Shown in pieces: positions 39,101-47,512 of a stretch of 64,000 nt of DNA. This DNA is from Gemmatimonadota bacterium (GTDB lineage Bacteria > Gemmatimonadota > Gemmatimonadetes > Gemmatimonadales > GWC2-71-9). Every line of letters begins with the position of its first letter. Within the stretch, counting starts at the first letter, position 1. The position numbers and the translations under genes were made by a program. Location: contig JBDHAB010000015.1 in the NCBI GenBank assembly GCA_039588295.1, positions 31,316 through 95,315 on the forward strand, written 5' to 3'. The notes under the pieces are model-generated. The model saw only the letters and a list, made by a program, of their open reading frames with translations. It made no database searches and had not been told where the DNA came from.

Positions 39101-39487
39101 TTCTCCGAGACCGGGGACGTGGTGAACGAAGAGTACCTGCAGCGCGGGTTCCTCGATCCGCAGCTGCTCTCCATGGAGCAGGACGCGCTTGCGTCCGGCG
39201 CCTTGACGACGATCACGAAGGACATCGGGACGCCGGAGGAGCGGAACGTGAGCGCCATTGACCTGCGCAATCTCGGCGTGACCTGCCCGACCTGGGTGGG
39301 CTCCGGCGGTCCGGTTGGGTGTGTGATGTTGCAACGGACCGAGCAGCGGTTCGGCGATGGCGACGGCTACTACGATGTCGAGGAGCAAGTGGACGCGCTG
39401 ACGGCCTGGTACGACTCGGGCAACTCGCCGTCCAGCTTCTTCTCGAGCGGCCGGCAGGTCCGCCTCGGTCTGCAGCTGACGTTCTAA
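36134..39487 (+). CDS. TonB-dependent receptor with N-terminal carboxypeptidase-regulatory-like domain
   Basis: Signal peptide, TGKIQGTV, plug motifs IRGGRSNE..WFIDG and FGDAQSGVI.LVTRSG, YAQD, GVRWD, SPR..VSFP; C-terminal beta signal LGLQLTF. SD GGAGG. Confidence 0.92.
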   Translation: MTDTGRSAFGRAARVLLALGVLSLGATGLWAQGTTGKIQGTVLDPTGQPIGNAQVFVLGTSFAALTNEDGFYFLNNVPAGVYSMRAQFIGYQPAQMEGVRILADQTLTADFRLSGAVALEAITITAAEAPIVPRDQVTSKAIVTGEQIDDLPVNSTTAVVLLQPGVIAGRGGSLRIRGGRSNEAVWFIDGAPVRRMDNASVGFGFATNTLQEVSVTTGAMDAAFGDAQSGVISLVTRSGGSRFVGTLAYETDEPMGNSLSTGYNRFEAAVSGPVFGNLTFSIGGTLTGNRSAATAKGIEDIPTYTFAGLDTTVVSLSGSDSLFTAIPQIIQFGGQCEAADNAGFECQGRRRPYGWATDTRANAKLQYTYGSGSRVSFSALTNINQNMGAQSTLNVESESGARLVSNLFVLNWVQQVFRGAASELAFDLNLSHQRYKRVSGVIDRATGLGNRDPFLGMVLSPLDFVTDWDRFAPVDPANHLSIDPLTGGFFISRLETQEDWDALIENVRYDRGTLRSYLDRFEIGARDIPRVNAYGTLAGPSTFGMTTGQSYQFENRWVGRANIDWQADRYNRFKFGVEGTRADLGRYEMTTTRKSFGNGYTGEPYKVAAYAQDRLDLGDVVIELGVRWDRFDTRTIFPLVPGRLFTNPAFDDALTVDAMTCPTPRFGADGVQGNADDCDITQYVWAPAESHSGISPRVRVSFPVTDRTGFRLSYAHQTQVPDLFNMYNGTNNDLANTNTNDQFGGDADLGKTIIFEFGIRHAFSEDMVLDIAAYNKDKVSDITYRVLPFFDTFTDRVSNVNILTNADFGNVRGVDVQLLRRFGNVFSGQVSYTFQNAKSTGSDPTDFLNGLSRAPFGVLGERPEAPQTTLRTRDDRSHNIQGSFSLAFPSDYLSGSAVGAVLRDLGVFGTFQLRSGLPYTRLENNGRGNRSTGGFGLIAELIEPLQSSETPWEKFFDLRVTKGFRLGPTDWTLYADVRNVLNFTNKTAVFSETGDVVNEEYLQRGFLDPQLLSMEQDALASGALTTITKDIGTPEERNVSAIDLRNLGVTCPTWVGSGGPVGCVMLQRTEQRFGDGDGYYDVEEQVDALTAWYDSGNSPSSFFSSGRQVRLGLQLTF

Positions 39488-39560
39488 CCATATGGATCCT
39501 AGGGGTCGGGAGCGCCGCGCTGCGGCGCTCCCGACGGGGATTCATCGGAGTGAGGATCTG

Positions 39561-42500
39561 ATGACACGAAACGCATTGTTCAAACGAGTGGCTGGTGCCA
39601 GCATACTTGCCGCGTTCCTCGCGCTGGCGGTCGCATCGGTGGCGTCGGCGGAGCCCGATGAGCGGGCGAAGCGGGACCGCCGCGCCGGATTCGATCTGCT
39701 TCGCGCGTCGTCCACGTGGACCGCGCAGACGAACAAAGTCCAGTGCGGTCTGGACAACCAGGGGAACGTGTGCACCGACGTGTTCGGCTCCCCGACCGGC
39801 GGCGGCGGCTTTTGGCCGACGGGCTCGCCCAACCAGTACATCTTCAACTCGGGCCTGCAGATTGCGGGCGTCGTGGCCCAAGATGCCGGGTTTGCGTGGG
39901 CGGGCGACACGGTCGGTGCGTTCTTCTTCGACGCACGTGGCACCCAGCCCCAGGGTCAGCAAGTCACGCTGATCTACAGCTCGGTCAATCCCGACGATAT
40001 CGCCAGCTGGCCGAACGGCGCGGTCGTGCGGGATGCCGACCTCTACAACCCGGCACTGCTCGGCCGAGATGCCATCTCCCAGGAAGACACCTGGGTACGA
40101 TACTGGGACGGCCCGAGCCTGCTCTCGGGTCGCTCACACCCGATGGGCATTCTGGTAGAGCAGCGCGGGCTGGCCTGGAACTTCCCCTCCGGGAACGAAG
40201 ACATCATCTACTTCATCTACACCTTCACCAACATCAGCGCTTCCGACGCCTCGGCGTATGCCGCCCTGGATCCAGCCATTCAGTCTGAGATTGCGGCGAT
40301 TGGGGCGGACTGGGTATCCCAGACGGAAGACCGTACGGGCATCGACATCCCGGCGGGCGGCTACACCATCGACAGCCTGTTTGCGGCGTTCGCCATGGAC
40401 CCCGACGTTGGGACCAACGCCCGCGTGAACGCCTCGACGGCGATCCTGCCGTTCCAGATGGGTGTGGCGTATAAGACGGACTTCAGCGAGCCGACCTGGC
40501 TCTTTCCGTCGGATATCCACGGCCCGCCGTTCGGCCCCTTCCCGGGGTTCATCGGCGTGAAGTACCTGAAGAGCCCCGAGGATGTCGGGCTGACGCTGTT
40601 CTCAAACACGACGAACAGCGCGCGGTTTCCGGATCCGGTTGGTGTGTCCCAGCTGTGGCGCTATCTCTCCGGCCGTATCACGGCGGCTGAGGGCGACCCG
40701 GACTGCGACATCAACCCGCCGATCCAGCGGCGCCTCTGCTCGCTCGTGCAGAGCCCGGATGACACGCGATTCTACCAGGCGTCCGGGCCGCTCTCACTGT
40801 CTGCGGGTCAGTCTGCGACCATCGTCGTGGCCTATATCCACGCCGCGCCAGTGGCCTCGGTGGTGCAGCCGTTCGTCGGCGGCACGCTCGCGCCGGGTAT
40901 TCCGCCAAGTGGCACCCAGATCGCTGTCGACCCGTCGCTGTTGCGCGAAATCGAGCTAGGCAGCGGCTGGCTGGGACAGAATGACGCTGACGGCGACGGC
41001 GTGATCCGGCAGGACGAGGTCGTGACGCTCGATCGGTCGTTGCTGCAGAAGTCGCTCGTGGCGCAGAACCTGTTCGATGGGCAGTTCCTGTTGCCGTTCG
41101 CGCCTGAGTCACCGGACTTCTTCCTGGTGGCCGGCGACAACCAGGTCACCATCGTGTGGCAGCAGTCGGTGACGGAGACCATAGGCGACCCCTATTTCGC
41201 CATCGCGTCCGATCCGACCTCGGCGTTGAACGACGTGAACTACCGGTTCAACGACGTCGAGGGCTACCGTATCTACCGCGGCCGCAGCCGAGCACAGCTC
41301 GAGTTGCTCGCGCAGTTTGACTACTCTGGTACCACGTTCGTGGACTTCACCGGGCAGTGGGCGTACGACGGCAAATGCGCGCCCGAGCTCGGGATCTTGG
41401 ATGATTGCCCGTCCTTCCCGAACGAGATCGACCTGGTGGGTGACGTCTCGCAGGTGCCGCCAGGCGGCCGCGCGGAACTGGCGGGTGGAGATCTGCAGGA
41501 GTTTACGGATTTTCCAATCGGCGATGGTGACGCGACCAACTCGCCGCCGCTCGATGACCTGAACCCCACGGTGGTGCCGGGTTCGGTCACCATCACCGTC
41601 GGTGCCAGCGTGGCGACCGACAACGGTGCCGGTGGCTTCACCGGCGACGTGAGCGCGGGCAGCATCGACTACCTGACCGGCGCAATCTCCATCACGTGGG
41701 TACGCGTGATCCCCGACACCGAGGGAATCACCGTGGACTATAAGTTCACGCCGCCGCTGGGTTCTGGTGGGGTGCTGATCACCAACAGCGTTAACCCGCT
41801 GGAGGATGGCGGCTTCCCGGAGCTGGCCAACACGGGCGTGCCGTTTGCCTTCGTTGACCAGGCGGTCGTGAACTCGACGACCTACTTCTATGCGGTGACC
41901 GCGTTCGATTTCAACTCGGTCAAGTCAGGTCCGGCCTCGCTCGAGTCGCCGCTCGCCGCGCAGTCGGTCACGCCGCGGACGCCGGCACCCAACCAGGTGT
42001 TGGCGACCTTCACGTCGTTCCTCAGTGGGGATGACGGCGTGCGGCTGGACCCGAACGCATCATTGCCGCTCATCGACTCGGACGACGGCACCTTCAGCGG
42101 GCCGTTCCCACCGACCAACGCCTACACGACTGGGTTTGCGCCGGTGATTCAGCGCTTGCTTCCGGCGTTCAGCTTGGCCGCGACCATCGACAGTGTCGTG
42201 GTGTATGCGAGCTCCAACAGCGCGGGTGGCACGCAGGAGAATCCCAGCCCCGAGTGCCCTGAAATTCCGTTTACCAACGGGCGGGGGGCGAGTCCATTCG
42301 GTGCGTGCTGGGCCGTCCACCTGACAATTGATCTGGACGGGCAGACGACCCAGACGGTGTTCCGCGGCTACAACCCCTGGTGGGGGGCGTTCGGTGAGCC
42401 ACCGCAGTACGGCCTCGAGTCGGTCCGTAAAGGAGTACCGCTCGATGCGGCGTCGCTGCAGCAGTTCGGCATCCCGACGACGGGTTTCTCGTCGAACGCG

Positions 42501-43742
42501 GCCGTCGACGTGCAGGTGCAGGAAGCGATCAACAACAGCGCGGCCCAGGGGCCGCAGTCGCGCCGGTTCGGCAACTGGCACGGCGGCTCCCGCTGGTTCG
42601 ATGGTGACTCGGAGGCCGGCGACCGGGAAACGGTGGCCGACCCCACGCGGTTCATCCGCGTCGGCAGCCTGAGCGCGGTGGACACGGTGTGGAAGCCGGT
42701 GAGTCACACGCCGCCGGACGCTGGGCAGGCAGCGCCGTCCAACACACTGTCGTTTGAGAAGCAGTGCTTCAACCGCGCGCTCGCCTACTTGGGCCGGGCG
42801 GCCGATGTGCGGTTCACGTGGGGTGGCGGCACGTTCAGCGAGGTGCGGGATGTGACGCACCACGTCAATGTGCCATTTGACACGGAGGTTGGCACTACGT
42901 GGGGCTTCCTCACCACGGATGCCAACGGCAACGGCTTCCTGGACTGGCAGGACTTCAACTACATCGACGGGGCGTTGCAGATGGTCCGCAACGTCGATGG
43001 TGGAAACTGTGATGCTGTAGGCGGCGGCCGGTTCGATCCGGGCTTTGCGTTCACGCCGGTGCCGCTGGTGAATACGCCGACCATCGTGCCCACCAGCACG
43101 GACGGGCTCACGTTCGCCGGGATCGCAGGCATGGTCCAGACGGGCACCGGGTTCGGCCTCTTTGTCAATGGCGAGCGGTTCATCTTCGAGACGGCGACCC
43201 TGCCGGGGGACGGCACGGTGTGGACGCTGCGCAGCTACAGCGGCACCGTCCCCATCACCGGGGACCCGAACGCTGCGGATCCCACCGGCTATTCCTACGT
43301 CGTGAGTTCGACGGGCCGGTCGATTGGGCTCAGGCCGCTGCTGATTCCGGGTCTGACCTTCAACTTCACCAGCGCTCAGGCCACCACGACCGTCGCGCTG
43401 ACGGACAGCTTGCTGGATCAGGTCCATACGGTGCCCGATCCGTACTACGTCACGAGTGGTTTGGAGCTCACTCCGGGCCAGAAGATCATCAGATTCGTGA
43501 ACCTGCCACCCCAGGCGATCATCCGGATCTACTCGCTGAGCGGGGTGCTCGTGGATGTTGTTGAGCACCAGGATGTGTCGCTCGGTGGTGAGGCCACGTG
43601 GAGTGTCCGGAATCGCAACAATCAGTTCGTCGCGAGCGGCGTGTACTTCTACCACGTCGAGACGCCGAGTGGGTTGGAGAAGATCGGACGCTTCACCGTG
43701 GTGAACGCCAGCGGGTTGGCGATTGGACAAGGGAACCAGTGA
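39561..43742 (+). CDS. Large secreted protein (1393 aa) with a T9SS type A-like / FlgD-Ig C-terminal domain
   Basis: Sec signal ending ASA; FN3-like segments (GDNQVTIVW...EGYRIYR; VVNSTTYFYAVTAFD); C-terminus VPDPYY...IRFVNLP..AIIRIYSLSG.LV...W..RN.....VASGVYFYHV......KIGRFTVV. Confidence 0.82.
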   Translation: MTRNALFKRVAGASILAAFLALAVASVASAEPDERAKRDRRAGFDLLRASSTWTAQTNKVQCGLDNQGNVCTDVFGSPTGGGGFWPTGSPNQYIFNSGLQIAGVVAQDAGFAWAGDTVGAFFFDARGTQPQGQQVTLIYSSVNPDDIASWPNGAVVRDADLYNPALLGRDAISQEDTWVRYWDGPSLLSGRSHPMGILVEQRGLAWNFPSGNEDIIYFIYTFTNISASDASAYAALDPAIQSEIAAIGADWVSQTEDRTGIDIPAGGYTIDSLFAAFAMDPDVGTNARVNASTAILPFQMGVAYKTDFSEPTWLFPSDIHGPPFGPFPGFIGVKYLKSPEDVGLTLFSNTTNSARFPDPVGVSQLWRYLSGRITAAEGDPDCDINPPIQRRLCSLVQSPDDTRFYQASGPLSLSAGQSATIVVAYIHAAPVASVVQPFVGGTLAPGIPPSGTQIAVDPSLLREIELGSGWLGQNDADGDGVIRQDEVVTLDRSLLQKSLVAQNLFDGQFLLPFAPESPDFFLVAGDNQVTIVWQQSVTETIGDPYFAIASDPTSALNDVNYRFNDVEGYRIYRGRSRAQLELLAQFDYSGTTFVDFTGQWAYDGKCAPELGILDDCPSFPNEIDLVGDVSQVPPGGRAELAGGDLQEFTDFPIGDGDATNSPPLDDLNPTVVPGSVTITVGASVATDNGAGGFTGDVSAGSIDYLTGAISITWVRVIPDTEGITVDYKFTPPLGSGGVLITNSVNPLEDGGFPELANTGVPFAFVDQAVVNSTTYFYAVTAFDFNSVKSGPASLESPLAAQSVTPRTPAPNQVLATFTSFLSGDDGVRLDPNASLPLIDSDDGTFSGPFPPTNAYTTGFAPVIQRLLPAFSLAATIDSVVVYASSNSAGGTQENPSPECPEIPFTNGRGASPFGACWAVHLTIDLDGQTTQTVFRGYNPWWGAFGEPPQYGLESVRKGVPLDAASLQQFGIPTTGFSSNAAVDVQVQEAINNSAAQGPQSRRFGNWHGGSRWFDGDSEAGDRETVADPTRFIRVGSLSAVDTVWKPVSHTPPDAGQAAPSNTLSFEKQCFNRALAYLGRAADVRFTWGGGTFSEVRDVTHHVNVPFDTEVGTTWGFLTTDANGNGFLDWQDFNYIDGALQMVRNVDGGNCDAVGGGRFDPGFAFTPVPLVNTPTIVPTSTDGLTFAGIAGMVQTGTGFGLFVNGERFIFETATLPGDGTVWTLRSYSGTVPITGDPNAADPTGYSYVVSSTGRSIGLRPLLIPGLTFNFTSAQATTTVALTDSLLDQVHTVPDPYYVTSGLELTPGQKIIRFVNLPPQAIIRIYSLSGVLVDVVEHQDVSLGGEATWSVRNRNNQFVASGVYFYHVETPSGLEKIGRFTVVNASGLAIGQGNQ

Positions 43743-43795
43743 TCGGAGACACGCGGGTGGGGCTTTACGCCCCACCCGCCCACCGGAGGCATACT

Positions 43796-44938
43796 ATGAG
43801 AAGTTTACTTCGTCGCGCATTGGTCGGTGTCGCCGCCGTGGGGTTCGTCTCCGCTGGGGCGGTGCGCGCGCAGGAGGTCCCACTGCCGGGCATCGATAAC
43901 ACGGCGTTCGGGACGACCGCCGCCGAGTTTCTGCTCCTCGGTGCTGGTGCGCGTGGTGCGGCGCTGGGCAACTCGTTCGCCGCGATCGCCACCGACGCAA
44001 CTGCGATGTACTGGAATCCGGCCGGTCTTGCGGAGCTACCCCGGCCCAACTTCAGCATGTCGACGTACGATTACGTCGCCGAAACGCGGTACTCGTGGGG
44101 CGGACTTGCGTTTCCGTTCAACGACGGCCAGAGCGCCATCGGCATTCAGCTCGGGACCTTCGGGTTCTCGGATCAGCCGATCTACTCGCTGAGTGCACCG
44201 CAAGGGGATGGGTCGACGTACAGCGTGTCCGAGACATTCTTCGGCGTCACGTACTCACAGAACTTCTCGGACCGGTTCTCAGCCGGCATCACCGGCAAGG
44301 TCATCAGCGACCGGCTAGCGAAGGTGTCCGCCACAGGCGTGGCGTTCGACTTCGGGACCAGCTTCCATACGCTGATTGGGGACAGGCCGATTCGTGCGTC
44401 GTTCGTGATTGCAAACCTCGGTACGTCGCTGACACACTCGGGCGTCGGGCTGGACATCAACATCAACCGTCCGCCGCCGCCCTTGCAGCAGGAGGTCCCG
44501 CAGGATCCAGCCGCGGGACGCTACCAGACCGAGTCGTTCAACCTGCCCGTCGTGTTCCGGATCGGTCTCGCGTACGATTTCGTGAATTCGACGGCCACGC
44601 GTGTCACGTTGTTGGGGTCGTTCCAACAGCCCAACAACGCGGATCCGACCGGTGGTGGTGGCCTCGAGTGGGCGATCCCCAACATCGGAAACAGCGGGTT
44701 CACGGTGCACGCGCGTGGAAGCTATACGTACCAGCCTGACAACGTGCTGGATGCGACGCAGGGATCCGGGGCCGGGTTCCTCTCGGCCATCGAGTCTGAC
44801 AACGGGCTCGACGGCATAGCGGCGGGCGGCGGCATCTCGTTCGCCCGGGGCAACTTCCAACTTGGTGTCGATTATGCGTACCGCCACCTGGGCATACTGG
44901 GTGGCACCAACGTGTTCAGCGCTTCCGTCAACTGGTAG
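43796..44938 (+). CDS. porV: PorV/PorQ family (FadL-like) outer-membrane barrel
   Basis: N-terminal FLLLGAGARGAALG..F.AIA.DATAMYWNPAGLA, AFDFG, NLG, LPVVFRIGLAY, VDYAY; ends in an aromatic residue (VNW). Confidence 0.78.
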   Translation: MRSLLRRALVGVAAVGFVSAGAVRAQEVPLPGIDNTAFGTTAAEFLLLGAGARGAALGNSFAAIATDATAMYWNPAGLAELPRPNFSMSTYDYVAETRYSWGGLAFPFNDGQSAIGIQLGTFGFSDQPIYSLSAPQGDGSTYSVSETFFGVTYSQNFSDRFSAGITGKVISDRLAKVSATGVAFDFGTSFHTLIGDRPIRASFVIANLGTSLTHSGVGLDININRPPPPLQQEVPQDPAAGRYQTESFNLPVVFRIGLAYDFVNSTATRVTLLGSFQQPNNADPTGGGGLEWAIPNIGNSGFTVHARGSYTYQPDNVLDATQGSGAGFLSAIESDNGLDGIAAGGGISFARGNFQLGVDYAYRHLGILGGTNVFSASVNW

Positions 44939-45025
44939 CGCGGCGCACGATAACGAGAAAGGCAACGCTGCACGCCCGGCCGCTTCGGCGGTCGGGTGCG
45001 TGGCCCAACGAGAGCAACGCTTGAC

Positions 45026-46396
45026 GTGACGCTTCTGCAAGGGCTGGTCGCTGCCGCCGTGTTGGCGGGATTGGGAGGGCCGCAGGCCGGGACACCCGTT
45101 GAGGTGACGGTCAAGCGGTTCGCCCGCGGTGACCAGACCCTGGTGGACGGGTTCTGCCGCGTGGCGTTTGACTTTCTGACGCCGACGACGGGTGGGAATG
45201 CCGCGTATCGTCTCCAGGTGTCCGTGCAGGATTCGGCCGGTCTGCTGCTGCACGAATCCGGGTGGTCTCAGACCGTCCCGAGCAGTGTCCTCGAGATCCC
45301 GGGAGGGTCCACCGTCGAGCACTTTGCGTTCGCGGTTCCGAGCGGGCAAAGCGGGCAGTACACCGTGGCAGTGAGCGTTGCGGACTCGGCCTCCGGGCGC
45401 GTGGAAGGCGCCTCCGTTGAGTTGGAGGCACTGGAACGGGAGAGCCGCGTCTCCGATCTGCTGTTGACCGGAGACATGCGGCGCGCCACTGAAGTAGAGG
45501 CCGCGGTCGGGCCGGGCGAGGTCCAGAAAGGAAGGATCTTTCTATCCGCCAGCACGAGGCCCGTGCTCACGCCACGGCAGTCGGAACTCTATTACTATCT
45601 CGAGTTGTACCCCGGTGTGGATGCGTCCGTATCGCTGGCCGCACGGGTGTTTTCCGCGGACGGATCGGTCGTGACCAGTGCCGCGCCGCAGGAACTCGCG
45701 GTGCGTGGTACTGGGGGCGTAACGGCGCGCAGCTTGAGCCTCGCCGGTCTTCCCGAGGGAGAGTATCGGCTCGAGGTCGTCGCGCAGTTCCCTGACGGGG
45801 ACGTGGTTCGCGGCGCGCCGTTCACGATGACGGGCTTCGATACGGAGGCGCGGATCGCGCAGGTCACCACGGCGCGGTCGAGCGACCCGTTCGCGACCCT
45901 GACGGAACAACAGGCGGATTCGCTGTACGGTCCGCTCGCGTACATCATGGAAGCGGACGAGCGCGGGATCTATGACGACCTGTCGCTCACGGCCAAGCGC
46001 AACTACCTGCGTCAGTTTTGGGAGAAGCGAGACCCGACGCCGGGTACCCCGGCAAACGAGGCTCGGAGCACGTACTACGGGCTGTTTGCGGAAGCGACCC
46101 ACCGGTTCCGCGAGAGTGGTGCCGGTGACATTCCGGGTTGGCGGACGGATCGCGGTCGCATCTTCCTCAAGTATGGGCAACCGGAGGACGTGCTGCGGCG
46201 CCCGGAAGCGGCACTTACACCACCGTATGAAGTGTGGAAGTTCACCCGACCTCGCATGCTCAAGTTCGTATTCCTGGACGAGACCGGGCTTGGCAACTAC
46301 GCGTTGATCTATACCGACGATCGCTTTGAGCAGGGGCGCGCGGATTGGGAGCGCCTGCTTGGTGCCGAAGCGGTCCAAGACGTCTTACTGTTTTAG
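45026..46396 (+). CDS. GWxTD domain-containing exported protein
   Basis: FWEKRDPTPGTPANE, GWRTDRGRIFLKYGQP, PYEVW. Signal-like N-terminus from GTG 45026 (alternative start 44996). Confidence 0.88.
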   Translation: MTLLQGLVAAAVLAGLGGPQAGTPVEVTVKRFARGDQTLVDGFCRVAFDFLTPTTGGNAAYRLQVSVQDSAGLLLHESGWSQTVPSSVLEIPGGSTVEHFAFAVPSGQSGQYTVAVSVADSASGRVEGASVELEALERESRVSDLLLTGDMRRATEVEAAVGPGEVQKGRIFLSASTRPVLTPRQSELYYYLELYPGVDASVSLAARVFSADGSVVTSAAPQELAVRGTGGVTARSLSLAGLPEGEYRLEVVAQFPDGDVVRGAPFTMTGFDTEARIAQVTTARSSDPFATLTEQQADSLYGPLAYIMEADERGIYDDLSLTAKRNYLRQFWEKRDPTPGTPANEARSTYYGLFAEATHRFRESGAGDIPGWRTDRGRIFLKYGQPEDVLRRPEAALTPPYEVWKFTRPRMLKFVFLDETGLGNYALIYTDDRFEQGRADWERLLGAEAVQDVLLF

Positions 46397-46431
46397 GCCT
46401 CTGCAAGCCGCTCATCGGGAGTGAGGATCGC

Positions 46432-47430
46432 ATGAAACGACATTTCTTTGGAGCTGCCGGCGCGCTCATGGCCGTGCTCGTGTTGGCCAGTTGCGTGGAA
46501 GACCCCACTGCGGCTCTGCGCACGGGCACCGTCGACCGCGTCGCAATTTCACGCACGTACGTCGAGCTTGACGTCGGTGATGAGCTCAGACTGACCGCGC
46601 AGGCGTACGACGCCCAGGGGAACGCCCTGCCGGATCTGCCTGCCATTGCAACGAGTGACGCTGCCATTGTCGCGGTCGCCGTTGACGACTCGCTGTCGGG
46701 TGACCCGCAGCCCCAGACGGTGTTCACGGTGACCGCGATGGCTCCAGGCTCGGCCTCGATCACCGCGACCGCCGGTGGGGTGAGTTCCAGTTCGACGGTG
46801 ATTTCCTTCCCGCTCGTGTTTGATGGGACAGTCGCCGTCGACCAGACCGGTCCACAGGACATCGTCACGGTGTCCTCGTCGGCATCGGTCACGTTCGACA
46901 CTGCTACGGCCGTAGTTTCGATTGAGGGGGTCGAGACTGCGCTCATTTCGCGGTCGGGTGCCGAACTGCAGGTGGCTGTCCTGAACGAATCCGACGTCAC
47001 CGGCGCCACCGTGACCGTGAGTGGCCTCATCTTCTTGGGGAGCTCGCCCCTAGGTACGCTTGACGCTGCGACCACGCCTGACATTCGGCGCTCACCGTGG
47101 GCGACGTCTCAGGGATCGGCAATGGATGTCACGGGGCTGGCGCGTCCTGTGACGATGTATGTGCGGGTCACGTCCGCCAATCACGATATGTTCGTGAAGT
47201 ACGAGTCCGCGACGGACCTCCCACTGACGATCGACGTGGATTGGGATACCGATGCCGACGTGGATATCTACTGGGTCGATCCTGCGGGGTCGATCTTCGC
47301 CTGCGGTGGCGGCTGCACCGGTGCGAAGCCCGAACAATCGGTGCATACCGTGGCCGGTGGCGCCGTCGAGTATCTGAATATCGATCTGTATGATGGTGAT
47401 GACAGCAACGTGACGGTCGTGATCCAGTAG
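46432..47430 (+). CDS. Lipoprotein with Ig-like (Big_2-like) and beta-sandwich domains
   Basis: Lipobox VLASC; L.VG....LTAQAYD..GN...TSD..IV.V and PGSASITATAGG; C-terminal DVDIYW..P.G with a CGGGC pair. Confidence 0.75.
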   Translation: MKRHFFGAAGALMAVLVLASCVEDPTAALRTGTVDRVAISRTYVELDVGDELRLTAQAYDAQGNALPDLPAIATSDAAIVAVAVDDSLSGDPQPQTVFTVTAMAPGSASITATAGGVSSSSTVISFPLVFDGTVAVDQTGPQDIVTVSSSASVTFDTATAVVSIEGVETALISRSGAELQVAVLNESDVTGATVTVSGLIFLGSSPLGTLDAATTPDIRRSPWATSQGSAMDVTGLARPVTMYVRVTSANHDMFVKYESATDLPLTIDVDWDTDADVDIYWVDPAGSIFACGGGCTGAKPEQSVHTVAGGAVEYLNIDLYDGDDSNVTVVIQ

Positions 47431-47455
47431 CGGGATTCCCCGTCTACCGGAAATG

Positions 47456-47492
47456 GCAGAGGCCGGGCACTCGCCCGGCCTCTGCGCGTTTG
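47456..47492. terminator. Terminator hairpin closing the operon (convergent genes)
   Basis: gcagaggccgggc-actc-gcccggcctctgc (13-bp perfect stem) followed by gcgttt. Confidence 0.75.
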
Positions 47493-47512
47493 GTTCCGTG
47501 TGTGCCGGCTCG

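Noticed and set aside
36116..39388. 1090-aa minus-strand ORF, and similar long antisense ORFs at 2662-3993, 9787-11229, 42060-43775 and 57214-58830
   Set aside because: Each lies opposite a well-supported gene, has no recognisable motifs, and is expected from GC-rich codon bias.
41490..41760. Prophage or contractile injection system suggested by the phage-like domain
   Set aside because: The segment is in frame inside a host secreted protein, and no other phage, tail or integrase genes are in the window.
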